In this document: piece after piece, positions 18,730 through 27,762 of the stretch | Numbering within the stretch: position 1 is the first letter of the stretch | How the letters are laid out: every line of letters begins with the position of its first letter | Source: Marispirochaeta sp. | GTDB taxonomy: Bacteria > Spirochaetota > Spirochaetia > JC444 > Marispirochaetaceae | Reading direction: 5' to 3' | Assembly: GCA_963676835.2 (NCBI GenBank) | Contig: CAXXFF010000002.1 | Coordinates: 1,600,001 to 1,664,000, forward strand | DNA: 64,000 nucleotides | The notes under the pieces: model-generated | Seen by the model: only the letters and a program-made list of their open reading frames with translations | Database searches by the model: none | What the model was told of the DNA's origin: nothing | Position numbers and translations under genes: made by a program

Positions 18730-20124
18730 ATGAAAGCCCGCGGCGTACATCTCGTCGCAGATATCGGCACCAGTTCACTTAAAACTGCGCTGCTGACAGG
18801 GGATGCTCAGGTTATCTCGGAAGCTAAGATTCCTCTTCTTACTTTGCCCGGCGCAGATCTTGCCGCCTGGGATCCCTTCCTGTGGGACAGGGCCTTTGCT
18901 GAAGCCTGCAGGCAGCTTAAGCCGGATGCGGCACTGGAATCGGTCACCATCAGCGGTCACGGCCCCACCATGGTCCCCCTGAATAAAAACGGTACTCCAG
19001 TCTCCGAGGCTCTTCTCTGGCTGAACCGCAGGATGCCGAAGGAGATGCCGTCCGAATCGGTATCATATTTTCTTCCCCTGGCAGGGTATCTGCGGGAGGC
19101 TATGCCCGATGCCTTCGATAAAACCGCATTTTTCTGTACCTGTCCCGGATATCTCAGTTTCCGGCTTACCGGAGTGCCCGCGGCGGTCTCTCCCCAGCCC
19201 GATTTTACCCCTTTTCTCTGGACCCGGGAGCAGCTCTCTGTCTGGGGCTTTTCTTCTTCCATGTTTCCCGAGCCCTTTTTAACGGGAACCCGAATCGGTT
19301 TCATTCACCGGGCTGCGTCGGAGCAGTTCGGACTGCCCGAGGGGTTACCCGTGTATGCCGGAGGACCGGACTATACAATGGCGCTCATCGGGTCCGGAGT
19401 AGTTCGTCCGGGTATGACCTGTGACCGGGCTGGAACCTCTGAGGGAATCAACTATTGTGCTTCGGCTGCACCCGAATCGGACTGCCTTCGTGTTCTGCCC
19501 CATGCTGTTTCCGGTATCTATACAGTGGCGGGGATTCTTGCTTCCACCGGCAGGGTTTTCGAGTGGTTCCGGGGGATTACCAATCAATCCAGCCGGGAGT
19601 ACGGACGGATGCTGCAGGAGATTCGTGAGCTTGATCCTTCCACACCGGCCCCGAGGTTTTTTCCTTCCCGCCATCGCGGTCCTGTATGGGATTTCAATAA
19701 CGGTATTTTTGCCGGACTGCATCCGGAACATACCCATATCGAAATGGGGAAAGCTGTGGTAGAGGCTATTGCATTCGGCATTCGTGATGTCCTGGATACT
19801 CTTGACGAAGCAGGCTTTCGGGTGACCGCCATCCGGGGCACCGGAGGGCAGTACCGTAATCACGACTGGAACCGCATGAAAGCGGATATTCTGGGGGTGC
19901 CTCTGGATATCCCCGCGATAATAGATGGCGAGCTTATGGGAAACCTCTGTGCCGCCCTTACCGGGGCCGGTCAATACGGCAGCTTTGTAGAGGCTGCTGA
20001 TCAGCTTGTTGTTATCCGGGAACATGTAGAGCCGGATTTGAGTAAAAAAGTGATTTATGACGAACTCTTTGCCGCCTATAAAAGCGAGTGCCTGCTGTTT
20101 ACTGCTCCCGGAACAGGCCCATAA
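18730..20124 (+). CDS. FGGY-family carbohydrate kinase (xylulokinase-like)
   Basis: Motifs DIGTSSLK, GGPD, GTSE, EAIAF and TGGQ...KADILG. Confidence 0.88.
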   Translation: MKARGVHLVADIGTSSLKTALLTGDAQVISEAKIPLLTLPGADLAAWDPFLWDRAFAEACRQLKPDAALESVTISGHGPTMVPLNKNGTPVSEALLWLNRRMPKEMPSESVSYFLPLAGYLREAMPDAFDKTAFFCTCPGYLSFRLTGVPAAVSPQPDFTPFLWTREQLSVWGFSSSMFPEPFLTGTRIGFIHRAASEQFGLPEGLPVYAGGPDYTMALIGSGVVRPGMTCDRAGTSEGINYCASAAPESDCLRVLPHAVSGIYTVAGILASTGRVFEWFRGITNQSSREYGRMLQEIRELDPSTPAPRFFPSRHRGPVWDFNNGIFAGLHPEHTHIEMGKAVVEAIAFGIRDVLDTLDEAGFRVTAIRGTGGQYRNHDWNRMKADILGVPLDIPAIIDGELMGNLCAALTGAGQYGSFVEAADQLVVIREHVEPDLSKKVIYDELFAAYKSECLLFTAPGTGP

Positions 20125-20809
20125 TTGCCCTGTTTGCCTTGAGCCAGGCTTCTGCTGTGCGGTAATCCGGAAAACAGCGTTCAACAAGGTTCCAGTAGTC
20201 CCGGGAATGGTTCATATGCCGCTGATGGCAGAGTTCGTGGACTATCAGGTAATCCTGAACTCCCGGCGGTGTCATGATAATACGCCAGTTGATGGAAATG
20301 TTGCCCCTGCCGGAACTGCTGCCCCAGCGGGTGCGCTGGTTGCGGAAAAAGAGCCTGTCAAAAGGGATTTTCAGCTTGCGGGAGATTCTCCGTGCCCGGG
20401 GTTCCAGTTCCTCTTTTGCCAGTTTTTTCAGAAAGCTTTCGATAACCGGCAGGGCCGATTCCGGATCACCGCTGAGGGTGTCTACGATCAGCAGGCCTCC
20501 CTGTATGGCTGTGCCGCCTCTCTTTCTCTTTCCCGTGACAACCGTTACCTCCAGGGGCACTCCCTGGATAAGCAGCCTGTTTAAAGGGTTGTGCCGTTCT
20601 CTGCTGGCTTTGAGGGTATCAAGATGTTTCAGTACCCAGCTGCGTTTTGCCGCCACGGTGCTTGCAATCTGGGATTTGGGTATATAGCTGGGAGCCGAAA
20701 CCATCACTCTGCCGGTCTGGGTTATGCGGATGTTGATCCGTTTCTGTCCGGTTCTGCGGGTCAGTTCATATACAAAGCCCGGTCCCCGCTGTTCCGCCTT
20801 TTCTGCCAT
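20099..20809 (-). CDS. YgjP/DUF45 zinc metallohydrolase
   Basis: Motifs QRTRWGS, INWR and HELCH..HMNHS..YW. Confidence 0.9.
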   Translation of the reverse strand: MAEKAEQRGPGFVYELTRRTGQKRINIRITQTGRVMVSAPSYIPKSQIASTVAAKRSWVLKHLDTLKASRERHNPLNRLLIQGVPLEVTVVTGKRKRGGTAIQGGLLIVDTLSGDPESALPVIESFLKKLAKEELEPRARRISRKLKIPFDRLFFRNQRTRWGSSSGRGNISINWRIIMTPPGVQDYLIVHELCHQRHMNHSRDYWNLVERCFPDYRTAEAWLKANRAIMGLFREQ

Positions 20810-20841
20810 ATATGCTTAATATCACGGGAACAGATCCCTGT

Positions 20842-22212
20842 CTATCTGGCTGCAAGGCTTCTGTTCCACGCTTTTGCCGTCTCTTTTATGTTTCTTAAGT
20901 TTTCATGACTGAATCCGGACCATTCCATTGCAAAAAAGGTGTTGTTCTGAAGGAGCGGTTCTTCATCAAGGGGGAGTCTGCTCTGTTGTATGCACCGGCC
21001 CCAGAGGGGAGACCCGGGAACAGGAGAGAACTCCGCTATGTAGATCTTGACTCCTGCTTTCCGGCACTCTTCTATGGAATCCAGTACTTCCCGATAATCC
21101 TGTTCCGGAAGCCCTGCCAGGATGTAGACGGCGGTTTCATTTCTCCGAAAGCCTGCCTCCTTCAGTATTCCCACGGATTCCCTGAAGCATCTGGTTTCGT
21201 ATTTTCTGCCGTGGGAATCATGAAACATGTCGGAAGAACTTTCGTAGCCAAGGCGAATCTCCCTGAAGCCTGCTTTTTTCATGAGCATGGCGCCCGGCAG
21301 ATCGATCTGATTAAGATGAACCGCATTGGGAGTATAAAAAGAGGCTGTAAGGCCGGATTCAATGACTTCTGAAAGAAAGGGCTCCAGTACTTCAGTCTTA
21401 TGCATCAGCAGGGCATCGTCGTAAAAGGCGAAGTGTCTGACCCCTCTGCGGTGGAGTGCCGCGAAAGAGCGGAAGGCCTCCTGGTATGAACCGGGGATAA
21501 ATCCGGGGGCGGGGGAGAGGCGTGATGAGGCACAATAGTCGCAACTGCAGGGGCAGCCTTCATTGAGCCGCAGTACTCCGGCTTTGTCCGTTGTCAGAGG
21601 GTGTTCCGACCCGGAGGGAAGAGATCCTGATCCGGGGACTCCGGGAAGATGATGTGCTGAAAGGAGCCTGTTCAGTCCTTCCGTGGAAAGCGGTCCCCCG
21701 CAGACCTCCGCTCCGGTGTTTCTGCTGCAGTGTTCCGGCAGCAGGCTGGCATAGATGCCGCCGCATATCATGGGAATCCCGGGGTGGAGTCTGGCTGCGG
21801 TTTCCGCTGCCTCAATTACGCCGGGGTACCAGTAGGTCATTCCGGAAGAGATAAAGATTATATCGGGCCTGCTTCTGCCTATTTGATGTTCGAAGGTTTC
21901 CGGCAGCACTCCGTACCTGGCAAAGCGCCGGCTCTGAGGGGTTTGTATATGCTCTTTCAGTGCCGGAGGTGTTGTCAGGGGAGTGCGGAAGATTTTTCCT
22001 GTACCGTTGCTGTTTCTTTTTGGTGCTTTCAGGGCATGTATCGAGGCCGGGTCGCTATAGTCCAGTGCATTTACAAAATCTATATAATAGCCGCCTTTAT
22101 AAAGTGCGGCGGCTATTCGCTCCAGTGCGAAGGGCTTTGAAAAGAGATCAAAAAAGGCGAAATCATAAACCGGGGGCTGGATAAGCAGTGCCCGGGGCTG
22201 AGTACCCTGCAC
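20842..22212 (-). CDS. B12-binding domain radical SAM protein
   Basis: CxxxCxxC (CPCSCDYC), GGIYASL, FYDDAL, LGYES and YILAGLP. Confidence 0.88.
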   Translation of the reverse strand: MQGTQPRALLIQPPVYDFAFFDLFSKPFALERIAAALYKGGYYIDFVNALDYSDPASIHALKAPKRNSNGTGKIFRTPLTTPPALKEHIQTPQSRRFARYGVLPETFEHQIGRSRPDIIFISSGMTYWYPGVIEAAETAARLHPGIPMICGGIYASLLPEHCSRNTGAEVCGGPLSTEGLNRLLSAHHLPGVPGSGSLPSGSEHPLTTDKAGVLRLNEGCPCSCDYCASSRLSPAPGFIPGSYQEAFRSFAALHRRGVRHFAFYDDALLMHKTEVLEPFLSEVIESGLTASFYTPNAVHLNQIDLPGAMLMKKAGFREIRLGYESSSDMFHDSHGRKYETRCFRESVGILKEAGFRRNETAVYILAGLPEQDYREVLDSIEECRKAGVKIYIAEFSPVPGSPLWGRCIQQSRLPLDEEPLLQNNTFFAMEWSGFSHENLRNIKETAKAWNRSLAAR

Positions 22213-22231
22213 GGGATGGAGCCCCGGGGGC

Positions 22232-23785
22232 TCAGCCCCGTTTAAAGTGCCGGGAATCGATACCGTGTTTCTTTATTCTCAGCCCCATAATCCGCTCGGA
22301 AATCCCCAGGTGGCGGGCGGCTTTAGCCATGTTGCCCCTGGTTGATTTAAGCGAATCCAGCAGAAGCTCCCTTTCCAGGTTGTCCAGGGCTTCCGGAAGG
22401 GTTGAATGCAGATTTGTATTGGTTGATTCCGCCGACTGAAGGCTCGGGGGCAGGTGGTGGCCATGGATAACATCGTCGGTGGCCAGAAGGACCGCTCGTT
22501 CCACGCAGTTCTCCAGTTCCCGCACATTACCGGGCCAGTGGTAGCTCATAAGAAGCTCGATGGCGCTGGTGGAGATCCGTTTTATCAGCTTATGGTTTTT
22601 GTCGGCGTATTTCTCTATAAAGAAGTCCGCCAGCAGGGTTATATCGCTGTGCCGGTCTCTCAATGGGGGTATGTGAATGGGAAAAACATTCAGTCTGTAG
22701 TAGAGGTCTTCCCGGAAACCGCCGTCTCCCATGGACTCTTCAAGGTTCCGGTTGGTAGCTGCTATAATGCGTACGTTGCAGCGGATGGTTTCATTACCGC
22801 CGACCCGTTCGAATTCCTTTTCCTGCAGTACCCTCAGGAGTTTGACCTGGGTGGTGGGGGAAAGATCGCCTATTTCATCAAGAAAGATCGTCCCTCCGTC
22901 GGCCTGCTCAAATCGTCCCTTTCTGGTTTGAATGGCGCCGGTGAAGGCTCCTTTCTCGTGGCCGAAAAGTTCGCTTTCTATTACTGTTTCCGGCAGGGCC
23001 GCACAGTTAACCTTTATAAAAGGCTTTTCCGTCCGCAGGCTGTTATAGTGAATAGCGTGGGCAACGAGCTCCTTTCCTGTTCCGCTTTCTCCTCTGATAA
23101 GTACGGTTGCTTCGCTCTTTGAAACCTGGGCAATAAGGTCGAAAACCTCCTGCATGGCCCGGGAGTTTCCAATGATATTGGAAGGACGGAACCGTTCTTC
23201 CAGTTCATGCTGCAGACGGGAATTCTCTTCAAGCAGGCGCTGTCGCTCTTCCTGGATGGATCGGCGGAGTTTTACCGCCTGGGCTATCATGGAGGAAATA
23301 ATAGACAGCAGGCGCAGATCCTCTTCGAGGCTGATGTTTTCTGCAAACAGCCGGTCTACGCTGAGGGTTCCTATGGTTTCGTTGCCGATTTTAATGGGCA
23401 CAATAATAAAGGAGACATCTTTCTTTTTAAGATCGCTGCGGGCACCGGTTTTGTTGAGAAACTGGGGGCTGTCTTTGATGTTGGGAATAATCATAGGTTC
23501 CCCCATTTCAACAACCTTACCGGTAATTCCTTCTCCGACTTTATACTTTCCCTTCTCCTGCTGGCGCACGGAAAGGCCGTAAGCAGCCTCAATACCGATT
23601 TCCCGGGTTTGACGGTTTAAGAGAGTTATGGTACCTCTGACCATTCCCATGTTTTCCGCCATGGCCCGAAGAACAGGGTTGATTATATCCTTCAGGTCTA
23701 TACTGCCGTCGAGGATACGGCTGATATCAAAAAGAAGCTGCAGTTCTTTTATCTTTCGTCTATAATGCTGGCGGTCTTCATCCAT
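22232..23785 (-). CDS. GAF-AAA+-Fis HTH sigma54-dependent activator (NifA-like)
   Basis: GAF (GEGITG), Walker [34 protein letters not shown] and a C-terminal HTH. Confidence 0.93.
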   Translation of the reverse strand: MDEDRQHYRRKIKELQLLFDISRILDGSIDLKDIINPVLRAMAENMGMVRGTITLLNRQTREIGIEAAYGLSVRQQEKGKYKVGEGITGKVVEMGEPMIIPNIKDSPQFLNKTGARSDLKKKDVSFIIVPIKIGNETIGTLSVDRLFAENISLEEDLRLLSIISSMIAQAVKLRRSIQEERQRLLEENSRLQHELEERFRPSNIIGNSRAMQEVFDLIAQVSKSEATVLIRGESGTGKELVAHAIHYNSLRTEKPFIKVNCAALPETVIESELFGHEKGAFTGAIQTRKGRFEQADGGTIFLDEIGDLSPTTQVKLLRVLQEKEFERVGGNETIRCNVRIIAATNRNLEESMGDGGFREDLYYRLNVFPIHIPPLRDRHSDITLLADFFIEKYADKNHKLIKRISTSAIELLMSYHWPGNVRELENCVERAVLLATDDVIHGHHLPPSLQSAESTNTNLHSTLPEALDNLERELLLDSLKSTRGNMAKAARHLGISERIMGLRIKKHGIDSRHFKRG

Positions 23786-23907
23786 TATGGAGCAACTCCT
23801 GCTGATCGGATTAGTGTGTACCGAAATGTAAGTAATCTAAATAAAGAAATTACCATTTCGTAGGATTTTTCGCAAGGAAGTTTCGCCATAATTTACAACT
23901 ATCTCTA

Positions 23908-23936
23908 TTGACAAAAAAAACCGCTTTTGTTAGGTT
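23908..23936 (+). promoter_or_regulatory. Sigma70 promoter of tRNA-Thr/rpmG
   Basis: TTGACA-17bp-TAGGTT with TGn extension. Confidence 0.6.
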
Positions 23937-23953
23937 GTTTCAACCTGTCAAAT

Positions 23954-24026
23954 GCCCTTGTAGCTCAGTCGGTAGAGCACATCCATGGTAAGGATGGGGT
24001 CATCGGTTCAAGTCCGATCGAGGGCT
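23954..24026 (+). tRNA. tRNA-Thr(GGT)
   Basis: Cloverleaf with acceptor GCCCTTG/CGAGGGC, anticodon arm CATCC-ATGGTAA-GGATG and T-loop TTCAAGT. CCA is not encoded. Confidence 0.97.
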
Positions 24027-24093
24027 GTATTTCTTGACTAAGTCGCGCATTCGGGCGTACTTTTTCCAATGCAAGGCGAGGAGATCGTAGATA

Positions 24094-24270
24094 ATGGCAA
24101 AAGCGAAGAAAGGCGCCGTCGAGCTGGTTGCGCTTAAGTGCAGTGAATGCAATCGCAGAAACTACACAACCAGCAAAAACAGGCGTAACATTCAGGGTAA
24201 GCTTGAGTTTAACAAGTATTGTCCCTTTGATAGAAAGCACACTTTGCACGTCGAAACCAAGGTAAAGTAA
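24094..24270 (+). CDS. rpmG: 50S ribosomal protein L33 (not in the ORF track)
   Basis: Manual translation MAKAKKGAVELVALKCSECNRRNYTTSKNRRNIQGKLEFNKYCPFDRKHTLHVETKVK. GAGGAG RBS. Confidence 0.96.
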   Translation: MAKAKKGAVELVALKCSECNRRNYTTSKNRRNIQGKLEFNKYCPFDRKHTLHVETKVK

Positions 24271-24292
24271 GTTACCATTTCTTTTGGAAACT

Positions 24293-24324
24293 GCGAACGG
24301 CTTTTCATGGGCCGTTCGTTTTTT
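24293..24324 (+). terminator. Intrinsic terminator-like hairpin after rpmG
   Basis: GCGAACGGC/GCCGTTCGT followed by a T-tract. Confidence 0.6.
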
Positions 24325-24335
24325 AATTGCAACAC

Positions 24336-24409
24336 AGGCCAGTAGCTCCAATGGCTAGAGCGCCGGTCTCCAAAACCGGATGTTGTAGGTTCGAGTCCTA
24401 CCTGGCCTG
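24336..24409 (+). tRNA. tRNA-Trp(CCA)
   Basis: Acceptor AGGCCAG/CTGGCCT, anticodon arm CCGGT-CTCCAAA-ACCGG and T-loop TTCGAGT. Confidence 0.97.
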
Positions 24410-24475
24410 CTTCTTTTTATATAGGGGCACATCTTTGAATTGATTTTTGTTGATGTGACCATAGAGGAGTAGGGG

Positions 24476-24655
24476 ATGAAGAAGTTTCTTCAGTTCTTTC
24501 GCGATAGTTACGCTGAACTCAAAAAGGTTGTCTGGCCCAGCAGGGAAGAGGTTGGGGCTTCAACCAAAGTCGTGATAATATCTACTGTGATATTTGCAGT
24601 GGTTCTGGGTTTGGTGGATTTTCTCCTTACCGTCGGTCGCGATCTGATTTTCTAG
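24476..24655 (+). CDS. secE: Preprotein translocase SecE (not in the ORF track)
   Basis: Manual translation MKKFLQFFRDSYAELKKVVWPSREEV... plus one TM helix. Lies directly before nusG. Confidence 0.96.
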   Translation: MKKFLQFFRDSYAELKKVVWPSREEVGASTKVVIISTVIFAVVLGLVDFLLTVGRDLIF

Positions 24656-24723
24656 GAGAAATAGTTCCCCTCCCGCACTGCCTGCGGGATTTCGTTTTTT
24701 ACAGTAAGGGACGGTGAGTAGTA

Positions 24724-25278
24724 ATGGCAAAAGGTTGGTACGTTCTTCATACGTATTCTGGTTACGAAAATAAGGTCGAGCGCTATATCCGAAAACTCAT
24801 GGAGACTCCTGAGGTTGGTGATCATGTGTTCGATATCAAGGTCCCTTCTGAAGAGGTTGTTGAGGTTAAGGACGGTAAGAAAAAGACCGTTAACCGTAAG
24901 TTTCTTCCAGGTTATATCCTGCTTGAGATGGATTTGCCCGACCGCGGCTGGAAGGCTGTTTGTTCGCATATCCGCCGGATTCAGGGTGTGACCGGATTCC
25001 TTGGTTCCATGAGCGGCCTCAAGCCTCAGCCTATCAGTCCGGAAGAAGCCCGGGCAATTCTGCAGAAGACCGGTGAGATCCGGTCCGAAAAGGTTGTTCG
25101 CAACAGGCAGAGTTTTACCATCGGCGAATCTGTCCGTATCACCGACGGGCCCTTCGATACCTTTACCGGTACCATCGAAGAGGTTAATATGGAGAAAGCC
25201 CGTCTCAAGGTTACGGTTGGTATTTTCGGCCGATCTACCCCGGTGGAAGTTTCTTTTACGCAGGTAGAAAAGGTTTAG
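24724..25278 (+). CDS. nusG: Transcription termination/antitermination factor NusG
   Basis: [16 protein letters not shown] and KOW domain GPF..F.G...IFGRSTPVE. Confidence 0.98.
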   Translation: MAKGWYVLHTYSGYENKVERYIRKLMETPEVGDHVFDIKVPSEEVVEVKDGKKKTVNRKFLPGYILLEMDLPDRGWKAVCSHIRRIQGVTGFLGSMSGLKPQPISPEEARAILQKTGEIRSEKVVRNRQSFTIGESVRITDGPFDTFTGTIEEVNMEKARLKVTVGIFGRSTPVEVSFTQVEKV

Positions 25279-25393
25279 TTTTTTAGTGTAAAACATTAAG
25301 AGGAGCGCATTTTGCCCTAATCGGGGCGGGTGCCTCCTTTTGCCGTATCTGACAGTTTTTGCGGAAACGGCTTTTTCTCCGCGTTGCGGAGAT

Positions 25394-25453
25394 GATGGGA
25401 CCCTGCACCAACTTTTTAATAGTAAAAAGTTGGTGCAGGGGTTTGTACCACAT
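25394..25453 (+). promoter_or_regulatory. Candidate L1-binding leader of rplK-rplA
   Basis: TGGGA, then an 18-bp perfect stem, then ACCAC, just upstream of the rplK RBS. Confidence 0.55.
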
Positions 25454-25467
25454 TTCAGGAGTTATTT

Positions 25468-25899
25468 ATGGCAAAGAAAAAGGTTACCGGGCTTATTAAG
25501 CTCCAGGTTCCTGCCGGAAAGGCGACTCCGGCACCTCCCGTAGGTCCTGCTCTTGGACCTCATGGTGTCAGCGCGCCTCAGTTTGTGCAGCAGTTTAACG
25601 ACCGCACAAAGAATTTTGAGCCAGGGCTGACTATCCCGGTTGTAATAACCGTGTATGCAGACCGCTCATTTTCATTTATCACCAAAACCCCTCCGGCTGC
25701 AGTTCTTATTAAAAAGGCCTGCGGACTTCAGAGTGGTTCTGCTGAACCTCACAAGGTAAAGGTTGCGACGATCACCAAGGCAAAGCTCAAAGAGATTGCC
25801 GAGATGAAGATGCCCGACCTGAATGCCAACGACGTCGATGCGGCAATGAAGATTATTGCCGGTACTGCACGCAGTATGGGCGTCGAGGTAGAGAAGTAG
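25468..25899 (+). CDS. rplK: 50S ribosomal protein L11
   Basis: [19 protein letters not shown]. Confidence 0.99.
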   Translation: MAKKKVTGLIKLQVPAGKATPAPPVGPALGPHGVSAPQFVQQFNDRTKNFEPGLTIPVVITVYADRSFSFITKTPPAAVLIKKACGLQSGSAEPHKVKVATITKAKLKEIAEMKMPDLNANDVDAAMKIIAGTARSMGVEVEK

Positions 25900-25909
25900 G
25901 AGGGCCGGT

Positions 25910-26581
25910 ATGAAGAGAGGAAAGAAATATCAGGACGCTGTCAAGAAGTACGACAAGCAGAAGCAGTATCCTGTAGTTGAGGCTGTAGGCCTTGTTAAAG
26001 AGCTTGCATTTGCCAAGTTTGACGAAACTGTTGAAGTTTCAATGCGGCTCAACCTTAAAAAGAGCCAGACTGTGCGGGACACCATGGTGCTACCCTTTCA
26101 GTTTACTGAAGAGAAGAAGGTTCTGGTTTTTGCCAAAGGCGAAAAGGCTGAAGAGGCAAAAGAGGCTGGAGCTACCTTTGTTGGTGATGACGACCTGATT
26201 GAAAAGATCAAGGGCGGCTGGCTCGATTTTGATGTAGCGGTAGCTACTCCGGATATGATGAAGGATGTTGGACGTCTTGGTCCCATTCTTGGTCGTCGCG
26301 GACTTATGCCCAACCCCAAGACTCAGACTGTTACCTTTGATGTGAAAGCAGCTCTTGTAGAACTGAAAAAAGGTCGTGTTGAGTTCCGTTCCGACAAAAC
26401 CGGTGTTGTACATCTGTCTGTCGGTAAGGTTTCCATGGATGCAGAAAAGATTGCTGATAACGTGAAAGCCTTTATGGATGAGGTTGGTAAGCGCAAGCCT
26501 ACTGACATTAAAGGCGATTTTGTAAAATCCGTAGCTGTGGCTTCCACTATGGGTCCCGGCGTTCGTGTGGATTTTAAGTAG
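25910..26581 (+). CDS. rplA: 50S ribosomal protein L1
   Basis: [18 protein letters not shown] and STMGPG. Confidence 0.99.
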   Translation: MKRGKKYQDAVKKYDKQKQYPVVEAVGLVKELAFAKFDETVEVSMRLNLKKSQTVRDTMVLPFQFTEEKKVLVFAKGEKAEEAKEAGATFVGDDDLIEKIKGGWLDFDVAVATPDMMKDVGRLGPILGRRGLMPNPKTQTVTFDVKAALVELKKGRVEFRSDKTGVVHLSVGKVSMDAEKIADNVKAFMDEVGKRKPTDIKGDFVKSVAVASTMGPGVRVDFK

Positions 26582-26595
26582 GCTGGAGGGAAAAG

Positions 26596-27135
26596 ATGAG
26601 TGAATATACTGTAAAGATCCAGCAGCACAAAACAGATGCTATTGAGTCTCTTAAGGATCAGTTTAAGGATATCTCAACTTTTATCTTTACTGATTACCGT
26701 GGACTTACTGTGGAGCAGATTACCGAGCTTCGCGGAAAACTTCGGGAGCAGCAGGCGCAGCTTAAGGTTGTAAAAAACCGTTTTGCCAAGATTGCTCTTG
26801 AGCAGCTTGAGCGGCCCGATGCCGGTGAGATTCTTACTGGACCTACTGCTGTAGCACTTCCTGAAGGCGAGGCTGGTCCTGTTGCGAAAACTCTGCTTGA
26901 GTTTGCCAAAGATACTCCCCTTGAGGTTAAGGGTGGAATTGTTGAGGGTATGATCTATGATTTTGCCCAGATTGAGGCGTTTTCCAAGCTGCCCACCAAG
27001 CTGGAGCTTATTTCCATGCTTATGAGCACAATGAAGGCTCCTGTGCAGAATCTTGCACTGGTTCTCAACGCTGTGCCTTCAAAACTGGTACGAACTCTTC
27101 AGGCTGTTGCCGACAAGAAGAGTGCGGAAGGTTAA
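26596..27135 (+). CDS. rplJ: 50S ribosomal protein L10
   Basis: DYRGLTV, KVVKN, GPTA and LPT. Confidence 0.98.
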   Translation: MSEYTVKIQQHKTDAIESLKDQFKDISTFIFTDYRGLTVEQITELRGKLREQQAQLKVVKNRFAKIALEQLERPDAGEILTGPTAVALPEGEAGPVAKTLLEFAKDTPLEVKGGIVEGMIYDFAQIEAFSKLPTKLELISMLMSTMKAPVQNLALVLNAVPSKLVRTLQAVADKKSAEG

Positions 27136-27252
27136 TTTTCTTTGATCTGACCCGGCCGGCTGTATGCCGGCTGTTGGATAAAATCGTGGTTTTAGTCTTC
27201 TATGATAGTCTGCTATAACCGCGCCAAAATACATTTTTAAGGAGAAGGTAAT

Positions 27253-27639
27253 ATGGCTATCACCAAAGATGAAATTTTAGAAGCAATCGCAGCAATGAGC
27301 GTACTCGAGGTATCTGAACTCGTTTCTGCGATGGAAGAAAAGTTCGGCGTAACTGCTGCTGCTCCTGTAGCAATGGCTGCTGCACCCGCTGCCGGCGGCG
27401 CTGCTGCTGAGGCCGAAGATGAGAAGACTGAGTTTGACGTAGTTCTTACCGGTGTTGCTGACGGCAAGAAAATCCCCGTAATCAAGGAAGTTCGTGCTAT
27501 TACCGGTCTTGGTCTTAAAGAAGCAAAAGAAATGGTAGAAGAAGGCGGAAAGACCGTTAAGGAAGGCGTTTCTAAAGAAGAAGCTGCCCAGATGAAGGAG
27601 AAGCTTGAAGCTGCCGGTGCTACTGTCGAGGTTAAATAA
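27253..27639 (+). CDS. rplL: 50S ribosomal protein L7/L12
   Basis: [17 protein letters not shown] and GLGLKEAK. Confidence 0.99.
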   Translation: MAITKDEILEAIAAMSVLEVSELVSAMEEKFGVTAAAPVAMAAAPAAGGAAAEAEDEKTEFDVVLTGVADGKKIPVIKEVRAITGLGLKEAKEMVEEGGKTVKEGVSKEEAAQMKEKLEAAGATVEVK

Positions 27640-27762
27640 TAACCTTCGGCGTAATACTATTCATCAATTTGCTCAAGATACCACCGGAATGGATTTTCCG
27701 GTGGTATCGTGTTGTCTATACGCAGGACGCAGTGCGTCCTTTATACAGTTCCTTAGGGGGTA

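Noticed and set aside
22232..23785. Evidence of nitrogen fixation from the NifA-like gene
   Set aside because: No nif structural genes are in the window, and the GAF-AAA-HTH architecture is not specific to NifA.
23954..24409. tRNA genes as island or prophage integration sites
   Set aside because: No integrase or duplicated tRNA 3' end was seen. Downstream genes are core.
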